Shown: positions 12,146-25,700 of the stretch, one piece after another
How positions within the stretch are numbered: the first letter of the stretch is position 1
Layout of the letters: every line of letters starts with the position of its first letter
Assembly (NCBI GenBank): GCA_002189035.1
Contig: NEEC01000008.1
Coordinates: 248,001-312,000, forward strand
Source of the DNA: Utricularia gibba
Lineage: Eukaryota > Plantae > Magnoliophyta
DNA length: 64,000 nt
Direction: 5' to 3'
Notes under the pieces: model-generated
Databases searched by the model: none
What the model was told of the DNA's origin: nothing
Seen by the model: the letters and a program-made list of their open reading frames with translations, nothing else
Position numbers and translations under genes: made by a program

Positions 12146-12242
12146 CCCCAACCCCACCCCCACCCCCCTCGCGGTCTTATTTTTTACTCTTTTCCACCAC
12201 CACAGAATTCGCTAGTCATTCACCCCCCCCCCCCCCCCCCCC
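12146..12242 (-). repeat. G-rich tracts on the minus strand (G6-A/T-G5-G4-G4 pattern and G20), potential G-quadruplexes
   Basis: The plus strand reads CCCCAACCCCACCCCCACCCCCC at 12146-12168 and C20 at 12223-12242. Confidence 0.6.
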
Positions 12243-12490
12243 TCTTTTTATCCTTTTTCTGTTTTTCTAGTCCATGGAGTTTGCCTGATCGATTGTTCAC
12301 AGGGACAAAAGAATCAGGTGAATAATGCGAGCGTATACACTACAGGTTTTGTTTCTTTTTTTTTTTCTTATTGGATTTGAAAATCTCCTGAAAAGACACC
12401 ACAGCAATTTGGAAATAGCAAACTCCCCCTTCAAGTTATACATCCAGAAACAAAAGGATTATCAGCTGAAGCAGGCAGGCAGGCCATCAT

Positions 12491-13800
12491 TCAGCATTCC
12501 ATGACAGCACAATTATAAACAAAGCTGCTGGAACGTTTCTGGCCGAGCAACTCCCACTGTGGAGGGCTGCCGCCGTCCGAAGGAGTCCAAGAATTCACTT
12601 CTATGTAACCTTCACCCGAGTTTCGAGGCCCCCCACTACGATAAGGCGCTGACCACAGGCTCTGAAGGCTAATCCCCAGCCGTTCATCGAGTTTGCTCGT
12701 TCAGGAAGCCGTCCAACCGTTGTCCAAACGCCTTCTTGTTTCATGTATTTTCTAACCTCCATGTAAGCATAATCTGCAGCGTACAATTCATTATGTACAA
12801 CGGCAATCAAAGGAGGAGCTTCAGATGTAGGAGGAGCCTCATTCCCCCTTGCTGTGGCAGCAACTCGTGAGGGTGACATGTTTGGTATTTCCTGCCATGT
12901 TTGAGTTTCCAAGTCATATTCCTCTCCGCATGTGAGAAGCTTAGAGTCGACTCCTCCGATTCCTCCGACAACATAGAACTTGCCATCCATGAATACTCCA
13001 GAGCACATTTTCCTTGGTTTATTCATGGGTGGAAGCATAGTCCAAGTTCCTTCTTCTGAATTGTATAGCTCTGCAGAACTTAAAATGTTTCCTTGTGAAT
13101 CACAGCCACCTGCTAATATTGCTATTTCCCTGAGACTCGCAGATCCGAATAGGCATCTAGGCTCATTCATGGCCATTCCCGTCATCCATGTATTTGTCAA
13201 CAAACTGTAGCGGTAAATCACATGGGACATGAGATCCCTTCCAAAAACTAGAAGCTCAGTCCCAACAGCCAAGGATTCCTTATCTGCAAATACAAAGCAG
13301 TCATTAGGTGCCATTCGTGGTAGATTCATCCATCGCCGGTGGGTTGGATCAAAAGCCTCCCACTCAAGAAGCTGGCAGGATAAATAAATCCACTGCTCCA
13401 CCATTCCACACTGGCGTCTTGCTTTGTAGACCTCACCGCTTCTAATAAGCTCTCGAAAACTCCGGTTCAGAGATGCAATCACCCCATAGTCAGCCCGAGA
13501 ACACCGGCTAACACAACTGATAGAATTGTCTCTACCAATAGCAACAATCAGCGAACTTGAATCATCACAAGAATCAGAATCCGACAGGGATATCCTATTA
13601 ATAGAAAAAGAAGTACCCATCCTATCTCCTAATTGCTTGGGGAACTTCCTCACAACATATTCTTCTTCTTCATCCTCCAAAGATCTCTTTTTGGAATGCT
13701 CCTCAGGTTTCTCAGGCAGGAAATTCATCCGCCAACCACCTTCTCGTTCACAGCTCCCACTGTTCTCTACCGAAATGAAACAAGGTCTATCCTCCAGCAT
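12491..13800 (-). CDS. F-box/kelch-repeat protein (SKIP11 type), intronless, with a 1-nt frameshift in a G6 run at 12634-12629
   Basis: The ORF 13800-12601 has an F-box-like region (GRDNSISC...ASLNRSFR) and kelch repeats (KESLAVGTELLVFG, PRCLFGSAS, RKMCSGVFMDGKFYVVGG). The conserved end GGPR..IEVNSW....PQWELLG.KRSSSFVYNCAVMEC* is in the shifted frame and stops at 12493-12491. Confidence 0.88.
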
Positions 13801-15549
13801 CCTTCTCGGATTTGATCAGCAGTTTTATATCAATCTTAGTTACAGCACAGTCAGCCTTAGTGTCAAACTGCAAGAAGAGAAAAAAAAAAAAAAAACAATA
13901 CTGAATTTAAGAAACTAGAAGTGAATTATGATGAATGGGATAATGTAAAGCTAGATCTCAAATATGGTTCAAGCGTCATCCAGACACCAAAAAAATTGTA
14001 TTTTGGCACATTTTTTCAGCACAGTTAAAAAGTTGAAAACCTAATCACATATAGAAATGAAAAGGACAGACCTTCTACAGATATTGGTCAACATCCAAGA
14101 ACAAATAAATAAACAGTCTCCCAAAAGGTTAATGCTTTACAAAATACGAAACCAATCCACGATACAAAATCCTCCGAAACTGCGAACCCAAGCAACCCAG
14201 ATTCAGAAATATCTCCAAACGGATCATTCGAAAGTTCAATCTTTACATTTTTTTTTAACCAACCCCGGAATCAAGAACCTAGCAAGACAAGGCACAACTA
14301 AAACCTTGATCGACTAAAGCCTAGCATCAGATCATTGATGCCCACGGCACGAATACCTCAACCCACAAAGGAGTTACTCAAATTGGATCTATCAGCGGTC
14401 ATTGAAGAAGCAAGGCCATTACAAAAACAAGCCAAGTTCCGAAGAGAAAGAAGCGAATTTGAAAGCAGTAAACAGGAACTTACAAAATGAATGGAATTCA
14501 AGCTATCACTTTGTTGCTCTATCTATTCACAGCTTTCGAAATTCATCGCTCCGGTATTCCTCCCCTTTTGAGCAGCCCTGGATCTGTGAAGCATAAAAAG
14601 GGGGGGAGAGAGAGAAGTTGAGTTTGGGTCGTGCAATAGAAGAAGTTGCAGCAGCAGATTCTGTCTGCAAATCCAAGGCTTGGCGAGGCTTGGCGAGGTT
14701 GGGGTGTTGGGCGTAGGGGCATGATCTGGGGGAGGACCCCTTTTTATCTCTCTCTGCTTTGCCTTGCGTGCTTGCTTGCTTGCTGGCTGCTGCTGTGCTC
14801 GGCTCGGCTCGCTGTATTTTGTGTACATTATCTTTTCGGCCCCAAGAGTTGCTATTTATTCCGTTTGCCACAATACATATTAACCTAGAAATTTAGTTCC
14901 GTCTTAGTCTACGGCCCCGGAATTGTTATCAAATTGAATGGGAGTGTGCGGCGCGCCCTCCCGGGTCGGGTCAGCCCCCACCCACAACACCATTGGATTT
15001 GGGTGGAGTGGAGTGGAGTCGAATCTATTCTTGTGTGTGGGTGCTGGATTTCATTTCATGAAAAGTAAGTGGGCGCATTAGTCATTGATGAGGAAGATTC
15101 CTTTCAAACCCACTGGTCAATATCATAAACCCCCCCGGGCTTCAAAAAACAAATACTAATTACTTATTATCCATCCCCCATTATTCATTAATTAATTGAT
15201 TAATTCATGGGGGAGGGACACAGGCCGAGCCCCCCGTCCGCCTCTACGGCTCTGGCGGATGCGGATGGAGAGGAGGAGGAGTCTGCCTGCCTGCGTGCCT
15301 GCATTGGTTTGGAGTTTGGACCGTTGCGGGTGGGGGGAGACGCACATCGGCACAGCTGGGGAATGAGCTGGGGAGGGGCGCGGCGGTGATTCGAATTCCA
15401 ACTACCAAGATGTCTGAAACTTGGACCATCTACACCACCACCCCGCCTGCCTGTGCCTACACCAGGACCATTCTCAAAGATGATGACAATAATACACCCA
15501 CACCCACACAGATATATGTATGCATGTTCCAATGCGAGGTACGATGGAT

Positions 15550-15568
15550 GGGTGGGTGGGTGGGTGGG
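15550..15568 (+). repeat. (GGGT)4GGG G-quadruplex motif
   Basis: GGGTGGGTGGGTGGGTGGG read directly from the sequence. Confidence 0.6.
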
Positions 15569-18500
15569 CTTTGCCTAATCAATTCCACTCAGAGTGGATG
15601 GATGGAACAACAACACACATCTGCCAGATGGGCGACCAACCTCTGACTACTAGACCCATTAGGGTGATTGAACAGATCCAACCCTCACTCCCAACGGCTA
15701 TAAGCTCTTTTAAAACAAAAAGCACTGCACTGGTTTGGTTGCATCTTCCCCCAGTGAAGAAAGGTAAAAACAGTCAGTGATTGGGGTGGGATTATGGTGG
15801 TGTGGTGGGTGGTGCTCGGCAACATTCCACGTGAGTGGCGAATGAGTGATGAGGCACCGGCATGGTGTGTTAGATGGGGATAATGTTAATTATCCTGAAA
15901 AAGGGGGAGCCCAGGGGAGGAGAGGAGAGGAGGAGGGAAGGGTTCCGATCTCTCTCTAAGATCTGAAATCGACCGTCGCCTCGGCGTGGGTGTGGTGTAA
16001 GCCAGCTGGGATTCCATCTAATTCATTTATCCATCCCCTTCATCACTTTCACAATTATTATATTATTATTATATCATATCCCCATAAGTTTCACTTTCAT
16101 AAAATTTCTAATTAACTTTAAAACTTTCATGCAAAAATAAAACCATATAACACCAATTCCCCTTTTAAACATTGCAATTAAAATTTTCAAAATTTACAAT
16201 TCAACTTATAAACTTAGAATTGTTTAAAAATTCGATCTCAAATAATTTTTAAATAAATAAATTATACAACAATGTTAATTACCTTTTGTCTATCAAGTGG
16301 TATAAAAGCTCATTCGATATGGAGAGGTTGAGCATTCTAAGAAAATGCTTATTGCAAATCTGGAGATGGAGTGTGAGAACTTGTGCATGCTCCCATCTAA
16401 AAATAAAAAAAAAATCAGTTTACATAGGTGGTCCTTCAATTGCAAATGCTTGATGTTCTAAAAAGTGGTTTTGCAATGGCAGAAAAGATCATGCACACTG
16501 TACTACCTAGTTTTGAGATTATGAGAAATTAGTTGTTGCTAATTATTGTCTTTGACATACATCGCAAATCATGATATAGTTGATTGTTGCAAATCGATTT
16601 CTCGTCTCTAGAGTGTAGTGCGAATTATGAGAAATTAACTATTGTTAAGCTGTATAGTGCCTTACAAGCACTTGAATGTAGGGTTGTTACACGAGATCAA
16701 GTCATGTTGTGAGCACGAGCTACACTTAATTTTAGAAAATAGGATAAAAAATATGCAGAAGGATGAAATGAAGGTGTTGTGGTTAGAAATTGAACAAGTA
16801 GCATATTGTCAACTTCTAAAGGGTAAATCGGTAAACCCAACTTTTGACGAGTTTGAAAGCAATAAAACGAGACGATGCAATCTTATAAATTTTTATTGTA
16901 TAGTTCTCAAAGTGAAATTGTCATCCAGAGAATCATCTTTTTTATGCTCACTTTTTAAATTTGACATTCTAAAAATAAGAGAAAAGAAACAAGTAGCAAG
17001 GAATAAAAGAAAAATAAACAGGAAGAATAAAGAAAACACATATTGCTTTTACCACTCAATCCTCAAGCTTCAAGTCTTTTATGCACTCTTTAATATCATC
17101 ATGTTAAATCTCATGGTATTCCAACAATTAAATTACTTCCATAGTGGTAATGGTCATGATGATATGATGAGATTAAGTGATAATAAGAATGATACTTGAG
17201 TCAAGATAGAGACAAAGAGAGAATGGTTGAATTAAAATGAGATCAATAAGTTGGTAGCTTATTAGATTGGATGGATAACAAGCAAAAGAGAAGATGAATC
17301 AATGGAACATGCACTAAATTCAAAATATGTTGCTTATTGTATTCTACGAAATAGAGGAATGGGAAATAAATAAAGAGAGTTTTATAATGGGATGATAGTG
17401 ACAAGTAAATGACAAGTAATTGGTGATTGAAATAGAAGAAAACAACAAGGAATATGTTTCTTGTTAATGAAATAGAGGAATGTGTGATAAACAAAGAAAG
17501 TTTTATAATGGGATGATAGTAACAACTAATGATAAGAGATAGTTGTTCATCTTCTTTTTCACACACTTAAAGTTGATGTTCAAGATGTTCTTTCTTATAC
17601 ATTGAAATTGAATTTCAAGTTCCTCCTCAACAAACTTTCTTTCCACCTTTTTTTTGCTTTACGAAAGCCTTATGGAGAAGGCCATGGCTCTCTTTTTTCT
17701 TTTTGGAATAAGTAGAAGGAAAAGAACTAAAATAATAATTAAAGAAAAACAATATATTGATAAAGAGAAGCAATCTCAAAGTTCTAATACCAAATAATGT
17801 GAACATTTAATTTAAAAGAGATTAGCGACTAATAAATATGAGGAAAAACAATGCTTTTAAAGGAACCCACCCAATTCTATTTTTAAGAAAAAGAATCTTT
17901 TACAACTAAACTTTGAAAAAAAGGGGAAAATTAGGAGTCACTTCAAAATGAAAAGTAACACACATCAAGAATGAAGACACGTTTTTGAGCTTTAGGATAG
18001 ATCTACTTTCAAATATTTGAACTCCTTTGGTGGCATGACTTAAAGCCCAAATGGTAATTCAAAATTGATGAGTAGAGACTTAAGTATAACTTGAATTTTT
18101 TTGCTCTTATTCCTTGTGATTGATCCAACTAGAATGATTTTGCTATCCAATCCTCATCATTTTTCAAATGCTCTTCATCATCTTGCTGAGATTCATTACC
18201 TCTCCATTTTCTAAGCCTTCTCCCTTCCTTGTCGGTTTCCTTGCTCAAAATGATCCATAAATCCAGTGAGTTGGATATTTTCGCAATCCGCACTCGGTCC
18301 CTCACAAGTATATAATCTCCTAAGCTCTAGGTTTCTTGGGGAATCAGAAGCCACCCACTTCCCACTCTTAGTTTTCCCATACCTATAGCTTATTTTGATT
18401 GTTTGATTTCCTTTGCATCGTATGATTGTTCGATTTCTTCATACTTTTCCATCCCATTGTAATGTTTGGCGCCAAGTTCAATCTTCTGCTTTACTGCTTC

Positions 18501-19329
18501 CCTATTTTACTCTTTGGGGATAGACTCAGCTCCTCCCTTAGTGAAGTTCTTGCAAATTTTCAAAGTTGCAATTTGCAAGGCAAAACTACTTGTGGCTAGG
18601 GTTTCAGATTTCCAATTTCTTCGATTTGAAGAAAACCCTCATTTTGTGATTAAGGCACTCGACACCCATCACGACTAGTGGTTCTCTTTTTTTGGGTTGA
18701 CTTTGGTCGGTGCTCGGAGGAATTTTCCTATTGTACTCTTGATTCCCTTTATAGTGAATATCTTTGGCCCATTTCGGTCCTCTTTCACAAACTAAGATTT
18801 GATCTATGAAAAATTCGGTGAAACTACTATTTGAAATGAATCCCATGCCTCTATGATTTTGGACTCAACTCTAACCCAATCTAGTTTTCTTAGTAAATGC
18901 TAGCATGATTTTGTTTTTTTTCAAACTGTCGACTTTGAGTCCCCTATCATAAACTACTCTTTCTCTGGGCCCCCACTTGTTCCAATTGCCACTCAACTTG
19001 GAACATCTCGCACTCCGACCCCCAAATCTTGTTTTCAGTCCTAAGTTTCAAAAAGGTATTTAGACTTATCTTGGCCATCTTTTACCAAATCATTGGGTTA
19101 ATCAATTTTTTCTTTAGTCTCACAGTTGATGAGATGAGAAGATCACAAGCCATGCAACCAATTGCAAGAGCTTGTCTAGTTGCCCAAATGTGGGAAGGGT
19201 ACGAATCGGGTTTTTGTCCGGAATCTTCATCTGTAGTTTGCATCTCTGAGGTTGAATTCTTTCTTATGTTCTTTTCCCTATTCCCAAATTTTTTGGCCGA
19301 TTTCAGCTTTTTATTTTTATAGTTATGTC

Positions 19330-19720
19330 TTTTTTGAGATAGATTCTATCAACATTGATTCTCCCTTGAAGAATACTTAAGTTGCTGGATCCTCCTCTGT
19401 TCAAGTGTAGATTTCAATTCCTCTTGAGGTCTCTACCACAAAGTTGTTGAGATGGTCAAGATTCCAACTCTTCCTTATATTGAAATCATGTCTTCTATTC
19501 GGACTCAACCTCCTCCAAGCCAACTTTTAGTCTGAAGGTCTGCATTATAGAGTTAAAACCTTCTATAAAACCAGACAATTTGTAAAACAATAGAGAATGG
19601 AGCAACTTAATGAGAAAATCTTCAAATCTGTAAAGAAGATGAGGCAATTTTTTTAACATGGAAACCTTTGCAGGAAAAACCACAAGTGAATCCACACTAG
19701 GTTAAAAAACTTTCACTATC
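19330..19720 (-). mobile_element. Possible second Copia fragment (LTR U5 end, degenerate PBS and gag start, SIRE-like)
   Basis: Minus strand GTGGTTTTTCC..GGTTTCCATGTTAAAA..TTTACA|AATTGTCTGG resembles a Copia U5/PBS junction. Downstream GGSSNLSILQG resembles the SIRE gag GGSxNRPPxLDG. The sequence is highly decayed. Confidence 0.3.
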
Positions 19721-22700
19721 CTTAGTCCCTTTTATGTACTATAACAACCACTTTACACATTCAAAATGTTGCTTCTCATAATTTGACATGTATTTGCTAA
19801 CAACATTTGAAGCAAATCCTATAACTAGCCTTGTACATGCCATAAGATACATAATTGATCCTACCATAGAAGTATAGAGCTGATTCTTCAAATGAGGTGT
19901 CTCTTGTTGGTTTCGGGGGTGATAACACATATTTTTGAGTAATTGAATACATGAAAATTACTTATATTGTGCTACAAAAATCAGATTTTACTGCCAATTT
20001 CTATTTTTTTTTTGCCAAAGTACCATAGTAGTGTTATTTTAGACTTAGTAGTTCCAACATTTTAATAGTTTCCTTCGAGCAATGCAGCATAGGTCACAAT
20101 ACAAATCCCAAGGAGCCGAATATGAACAGTGTAGTGGCAGAGAAGGTGGCAGAAGTCTGAAAAGGAGTACACACAAAATCCAAGGAGATTAAAAGTGAGA
20201 TTTTGGACAAAAAGGGGGAGAGAATGGAGAGAGAAGGCAGATCTCCCCATTGGAGAGTCAAAACAACTTTCTGGAGAAGGTTTCTAGGGGAGGAAGAAGG
20301 AGGAAGACGAATAGGAACTAAGCTGATACTTGAAGATTATTTTCTACTTTCCAAAGATTATTACTCCTAGCTAGGATTAGCTAGCGACATTTCCAACTTT
20401 CTGTTGAACTTTTAAGTTTCTTGCTTTTTTATTTCCTGGTAGTCGACTGAGCCATGAGTACATTGTGGATGATGTTTTCTTTTCTATTTTCATTTGCCTT
20501 AAGCATGAGTGGGTAAGCACTTAGGGGGTGCCTTGAGGTGAAAAGGGGAGAAATACGTTAATCCATCCTTAGACCTAATCAACCATAAATCACACTATTT
20601 CCTTAACAAACCAGGATACTTCCAGGAGGGGGAAGTAGTGAAACCCAGCTTAACAAACTTAATTAGAGGTAGACCAAAGATTAGGGGGAAAAATAAGAGT
20701 CCGGGAAGACCTACATTTTGTGTGTTAAGTTGTATGATTTATGGTTTGTGTGAGCTTGTTTAGTGATAAGCATACATCCCCTAGGAGTCCCAAGGCATCA
20801 CGCATTTCATTACAGAAACAACCGAGCTCCAAAACTTATTATTTTTCTTTACTGTATTTCGTGTAGTTCTGCCTTAGTTCTAGTTAAGACCAATTCTACC
20901 AAAGTGACATTGATTTCATGCATTAACTTTCACATAGCAAGCATCTAGCTCCTTGTGTTCGACCCTAGTCCACTATGCTCATATTTTCCATGTAATTTGA
21001 GGTGAATTAGGTTTATAAATTTTATTTGATAGAAGAAATTTGTATTTAACGACTTGCACAAATTTTTTGTTTATCAGGGGGACATTTCCTTTGACAGTTT
21101 AAGGTGTGATGGCATAGATCCTATTACTGCCTTTGCTTTACTTAACTCAAATTTCTTTAAAAGCTATTCAGTATACTACTCTTGTGAGAGAGTCAAAGTC
21201 TTCTTTACTCTGTCTTGAGTGATTTCAATGCTCAATATTCTTTTGGCAAAACTGAGATCCTTCATACTGAACTTTAAGGCCATTTGATTCTTTAGTTGGA
21301 TGATCCTTTGCTTGTTTGGAGATGCCACCAACATATCTTCTACATACAAGAGTAGAAACATGTAGTCATTAGAGCCATGCTTTCTCCAATAATCGCATTG
21401 GTCTCCATTAGTTTTGTGAAACTGTCGGGAGATCATAAAGCTGTTGAACTTTAAATGATTGTTTAGATATCTGCTTAAGTCCATAAAAGCTCCTCTTTAG
21501 TTTACATGCCAAGTGTTCTTGCCCCTTCTTAATGAAGCCTTCTATCTACTTCATATACATTTCTTCTTTGAGCATCTAAGAAGGCTGTTTTAATGTCCAG
21601 CTACTAAAGCTCTCAATCAAAATGTGCAGTTAGTGCTAAAATCAACCTCATAGGAACGAACTCGACCACTGGTGAGAACATTTCATCAAAACCCACTCCT
21701 TGTTGTCTGAAACCTTTCACTATAATCGTAGCTTTGTGTCATGTAGACGCATTAGCATTTTTCCTGAGCGTATAAATCCATCTACTTTCTAGAGTCTTCT
21801 TACTAATAGGTAGTGTAACTAGGTCATACGTATCATTAATTAGTAGAGAATTCATTCCATTCTTTATAGTATTCAACCACTTTTCTTTATCTGCCATAAT
21901 GAGAGTTTCTTTCATATTTTTTTGGTATTCCTTCCTTTGAAATTAGAATATACTCATATGTGGGATATCTAACACAAGGAAAACGAATTTTGGATGGCCT
22001 CGTTAGTTGCAGATTATTTGCATCAGTAGTTTCCCTCCCCTGGTCCTCATTGTTTTTCGATGTGTTATCTTGTTCTTGCAAGAAATAAGAGTTAGAAAAT
22101 ATAGATTTAAGAGATACCTGAAACTCCGTTCTTGTTGGTTGTACGTTAATGTCTTTGAACTGTTTGATTTTCAAGAAACTTTACATCGCTAGATCTTAAA
22201 ATCTTGTTGGTAATAGGATCCCATACTCAATAGCCCATATGATCTTCTCCATATCCCATAAATACACACAGTATGGACCTGTTATCAAGTTTCTATCTTT
22301 GATTTTTTGGAACATGAACATAGGCTTTGTACCCAAAAATCCTTAAAAAACTCAAGTTTGGCTTCTTCCCTATCCATACTTCTTGCGGATTAGATAGCCT
22401 AGAGCTGTTTTTGGTGATGAGTTTGATAGGAAACAAGTTGTAATAATAGCCACACCCAATAAAATTTTAGGCAACTATGGTGTATTCAACATACTCCTTA
22501 CTTTATCTAGTAGAGTACGATTAAATCTTTCTACTATGCTATTATGTTCTGGAGTTCTTAGAGAAGTAGTTATTTTCCTTATACTAGTAGATTTGCAAAA
22601 TTTTTCTCATTCTAAGGAACAATATTCACCACCATTGACACTCTTGAACTTCTTGATTTTCTTATCGGTCTATCTTTCCGAGAAAGGATGCAATATATTG

Positions 22701-24180
22701 AAGCATGACAAAACTTCACTCGTCCTTTCCAGTAGGTATATCCAGGACATTCTAGCACATCATCAATAAACATAGTATAAAATCTCTTTCCTTCCTTGGT
22801 GGCTGGTTCAGTATACCCTTCACATCCAAGTAGATAGTATTTAATAGTTTCAAGCTTTTTCTAAAAGTCTTTTTTGAAGCTGATCTTGTGATATTTGCCA
22901 ACAATACAATTTTTATAGATGTTTTGAAGAGTTTCACTATACCTAATAAGCTTATGCTTCTTCAGGTACTCAAGTCCTTTGATTGAGATGTGATACATCC
23001 TTTTATGCCATAGGTGGTGATTTGTTTCTATATTAACTGCTATGTTAGTCTCAGAAATTTTTGGTTCTAAGTGAGTATGACACAAAGTTACTTCTAGATT
23101 GTATTTAGCTATCATTGTTGATCCCTTTACTAGCTTGCATATTTGTTTGCCAAAGTTTCTAAAATAACTCGTTTTATCAAATTGATTTATTGCTAATAGA
23201 TTCAATCTGATTGATGGAACATGCCTCACGTTTTCTAACTTAAGAGTAAAACCATAGTTTGTAGTAACATAAAGATCACTAGTTCCTATAATGTCACATT
23301 TTGTAGGGTTACCCATCTTCAGCTTTTCTTGATATCCTGCTGAACAATTGACTGGAAAATTCTTGTGAGGAGTGGCATGAAAACTGGCTGTGGAGACAAT
23401 AACTCAATCAGTTCAAGTTAGAGAGTAAGCGGTTTCAATTGGCATAGTACCTGTGATTCCTTTCTCAAAATTTCAGATAACACTACCATCACTTCTCCAT
23501 CTGCTTTTTGTTTTTCTTTAGAATTCTCCTTTCTCTTGTACCTTTGCATAGCCCTCTACCTAAACTTTCACTTTTTCTTGAAATGTCTAGGTTTCTTATA
23601 ATAGAAGCATGCCTTCTCGGTTTGAGTTTCTAAAACCTTATTTGATAAATTTTCTCTAGACTATTGTCCCTTCTCTTTCCAATTTCTCGTGTTCTTGTAA
23701 TTGTTTTTCCGGTTACCAACATTTTCTTTATGTTCGATAGTAGTCAATGTGTCCTTCTTGTCACTACTAGACCCTTTCTATCTTATTTCTTATTGTGACA
23801 AAGCATTGCCCATGTTGTCGTATATTCTCAATTCAGTTGACGAAAATATTTACTTGAGGATTTACTATTGGTTGAGAAGGCAATATTCTAGATCTCAATT
23901 TCTCCAACTCACAAAGCCAATTGTTTGATTTGTTTCTCAAGACTTTTTATGGCTCCTTGGAGTGTTGTCTTCTTCTTATTTTCCTCTATTTGCAATTTAT
24001 AGTCAAGAGTGAAAATATGGAGGAATCATTTGGGATGGATAAATTGAATTCCAAGAATTATCCTCGTTGGAGTTCTAAGATGAAGTCTGCATTGATTTGA
24101 AAAGATCTATGGAATCCTATTAGATGTGGAAGCAAAAAACCAAAGAAAACATCAGGTGATGATTGGAAATTCAAGTAGAT
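19720..24180 (-). mobile_element. Decayed Ty1/Copia internal region (gag, protease, integrase, RT), interrupted by a solo LTR
   Basis: On the minus strand in Copia order: zinc-knuckle relic CFYYKKPRHFKK (about 23620), protease relic STASFHATPH..KMGNPTKCDIIG (23400-23290), LENVRHVPSIRLNL, HLWHKRMYHIS, RT FLLLYVEDMLVA and FSMKDLSFAKRILSIEI (about 21370-21230), and YTSMVGSIMYLMACTR (about 19870). Many stops and frameshifts. Confidence 0.88.
19920..21076 (+). mobile_element. Solo LTR 1 (Ty3/Gypsy, Athila-like), 1157 bp, inserted in the Copia RT
   Basis: Ends TGATAAC...GTTTATCA; 5-bp TSD GGGGG at 19915-19919 and 21077-21081; family motif AGCTCCTTGTGTTCGACCC near the 3' end. Confidence 0.88.
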
Positions 24181-24750
24181 CTAAATAGTAAAATAACTAG
24201 AAACATAGCTTAGAAACTTGAAACTCGAAACTCAATATGAATGTAGACTAAAGAATCGGAACGAGTAAAATGAGTGATGTCCTCGAGTAGAAGTTGATAG
24301 AACCAAGCATACCTAATTCTATTCATTTTATGAATTGAAAAACTTAATTGTGGATTGATTTCGAATGTTAGAGAATATCTTCACTGAAAAATCTAGAAAA
24401 TGACTTGGATATTTGTAAAGATGAACATTAGATTTTACAAATTGTATATCACACTATTGAAATTATTTTAGGGTATCATTGTTCTGTTTTGTTTTGTATC
24501 AAAGCACTTTATTACTTTATACATTTATATTTAATTTCAATTGCTGATTTTGTGTACAATATTTAGTTTAGAATAGAATTTAAAGTGCAATCATTCTATA
24601 AATTTTTATATTATTTCCACTTAAAAAACATTAGTTCCTTGTATTCGACTTTAATATCTACTATATATTTTGTGTTCAATTTTGATTTTATAAAATTAGG
24701 AATCATAAATTTACGTAATGTAAAAATTGATTTAAGTAATGTTAAAAGAG
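24180..24750 (+). mobile_element. Degenerate 3' half of an LTR related to the solo-LTR family
   Basis: TTCCTTGTATTCGACTT at about 24635 resembles the family motif CTCCTTGTGTTCGACCC. No termini or TSD found. Confidence 0.35.
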
Positions 24751-25549
24751 CATATTCCATATAAGTTATTGATTACTTTCATGAATGCGTAGCATTTAAT
24801 TAAAAGATTGACACTTGAATTATAACACCCATTATTTGTAAACATAATGTGACATAAATTAAAAGTAGAGTGACTACAAAAAATATGAGTCAATCCTATC
24901 CACAAAATAAATAGTAGATAGATCCAACTAGCATCATTACAAAAATATTTTACAAAATTAATATAATTAAATATCTAAACGATTCTAAAGCACATGATAC
25001 ACCACCACTATGCATTCGAAGTTTCATTGGTGCACTACCATCCAATTCTATACGAGAGGAAATATGTTCAGTTTGCGATATATACCCAAGACAGTTGAAA
25101 ATCAAAATAATAGTTCAATTCAACTATTATCTCCGATTATGATTTCTTATATGTTTTCAATTCAACTCATGCATATATGGAGTTTGATATTTTTTTCGAT
25201 CAAATTCCAAATGAAGTGCTGAATGATGGTTGTGACATTGATTTGAATGTTGATAATGTTGAATACAAAACAAAAGAAATTGATTATTCTCAAGAGTATG
25301 ATACTGATGATTAGTTTGATACAAATGAATATTATATTTGGTGATTTGTAACATTGCAATAATGAGTATTATGTACAAGGGAATGAGTCGATTTATGAAA
25401 GAGAGTATATAAATAAGAAAAAAGAAGAGAAGGAAAACGCTATGAACTATAAAAGTAGGAGCTTTTATCTGTTAGACCCCATTAATTTATAGAAAATTGA
25501 CTTCAATTCTCTTCACAGATTTCTTAATCAACAACAAATAGGTCTGGGG

Positions 25550-25700
25550 ACTAGGTCAAATTCTTCTCTAATTCGTCACTAAGCACACTAAAAGTCATAA
25601 GAAAAACTTGTTCTTAAGAATCGACTGCAACAACAATTAGCAAATCCTCTTTAGTTTTTCTAGAATATGTGACCATCCACACACGTAATTGGTTGATTGT
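25550..25700 (-). mobile_element. MULE transposase core fragment
   Basis: The minus strand translates with a frameshift as QPITCVDGHI..KTKEDLLIVVAVDS*EQVF, resembling the MULE motif RPVIxVDGTFLxGKYKGxLLxAVAxDxNxQxFP. Confidence 0.5.

Noticed and set aside
11395-12325. ORFs 11509-11823 (+), 11580-11990 (-) and the proline-rich 12076-12325
   Set aside because: No homology recognised; the proline runs are simply translations of the C tracts.
16100-19300. ORFs such as 16642-17199 and 17243-17566, and LTR-like patches
   Set aside because: AT-rich low-complexity translations. Probably decayed repeats, but I found no termini, TSDs or domains to support a call.
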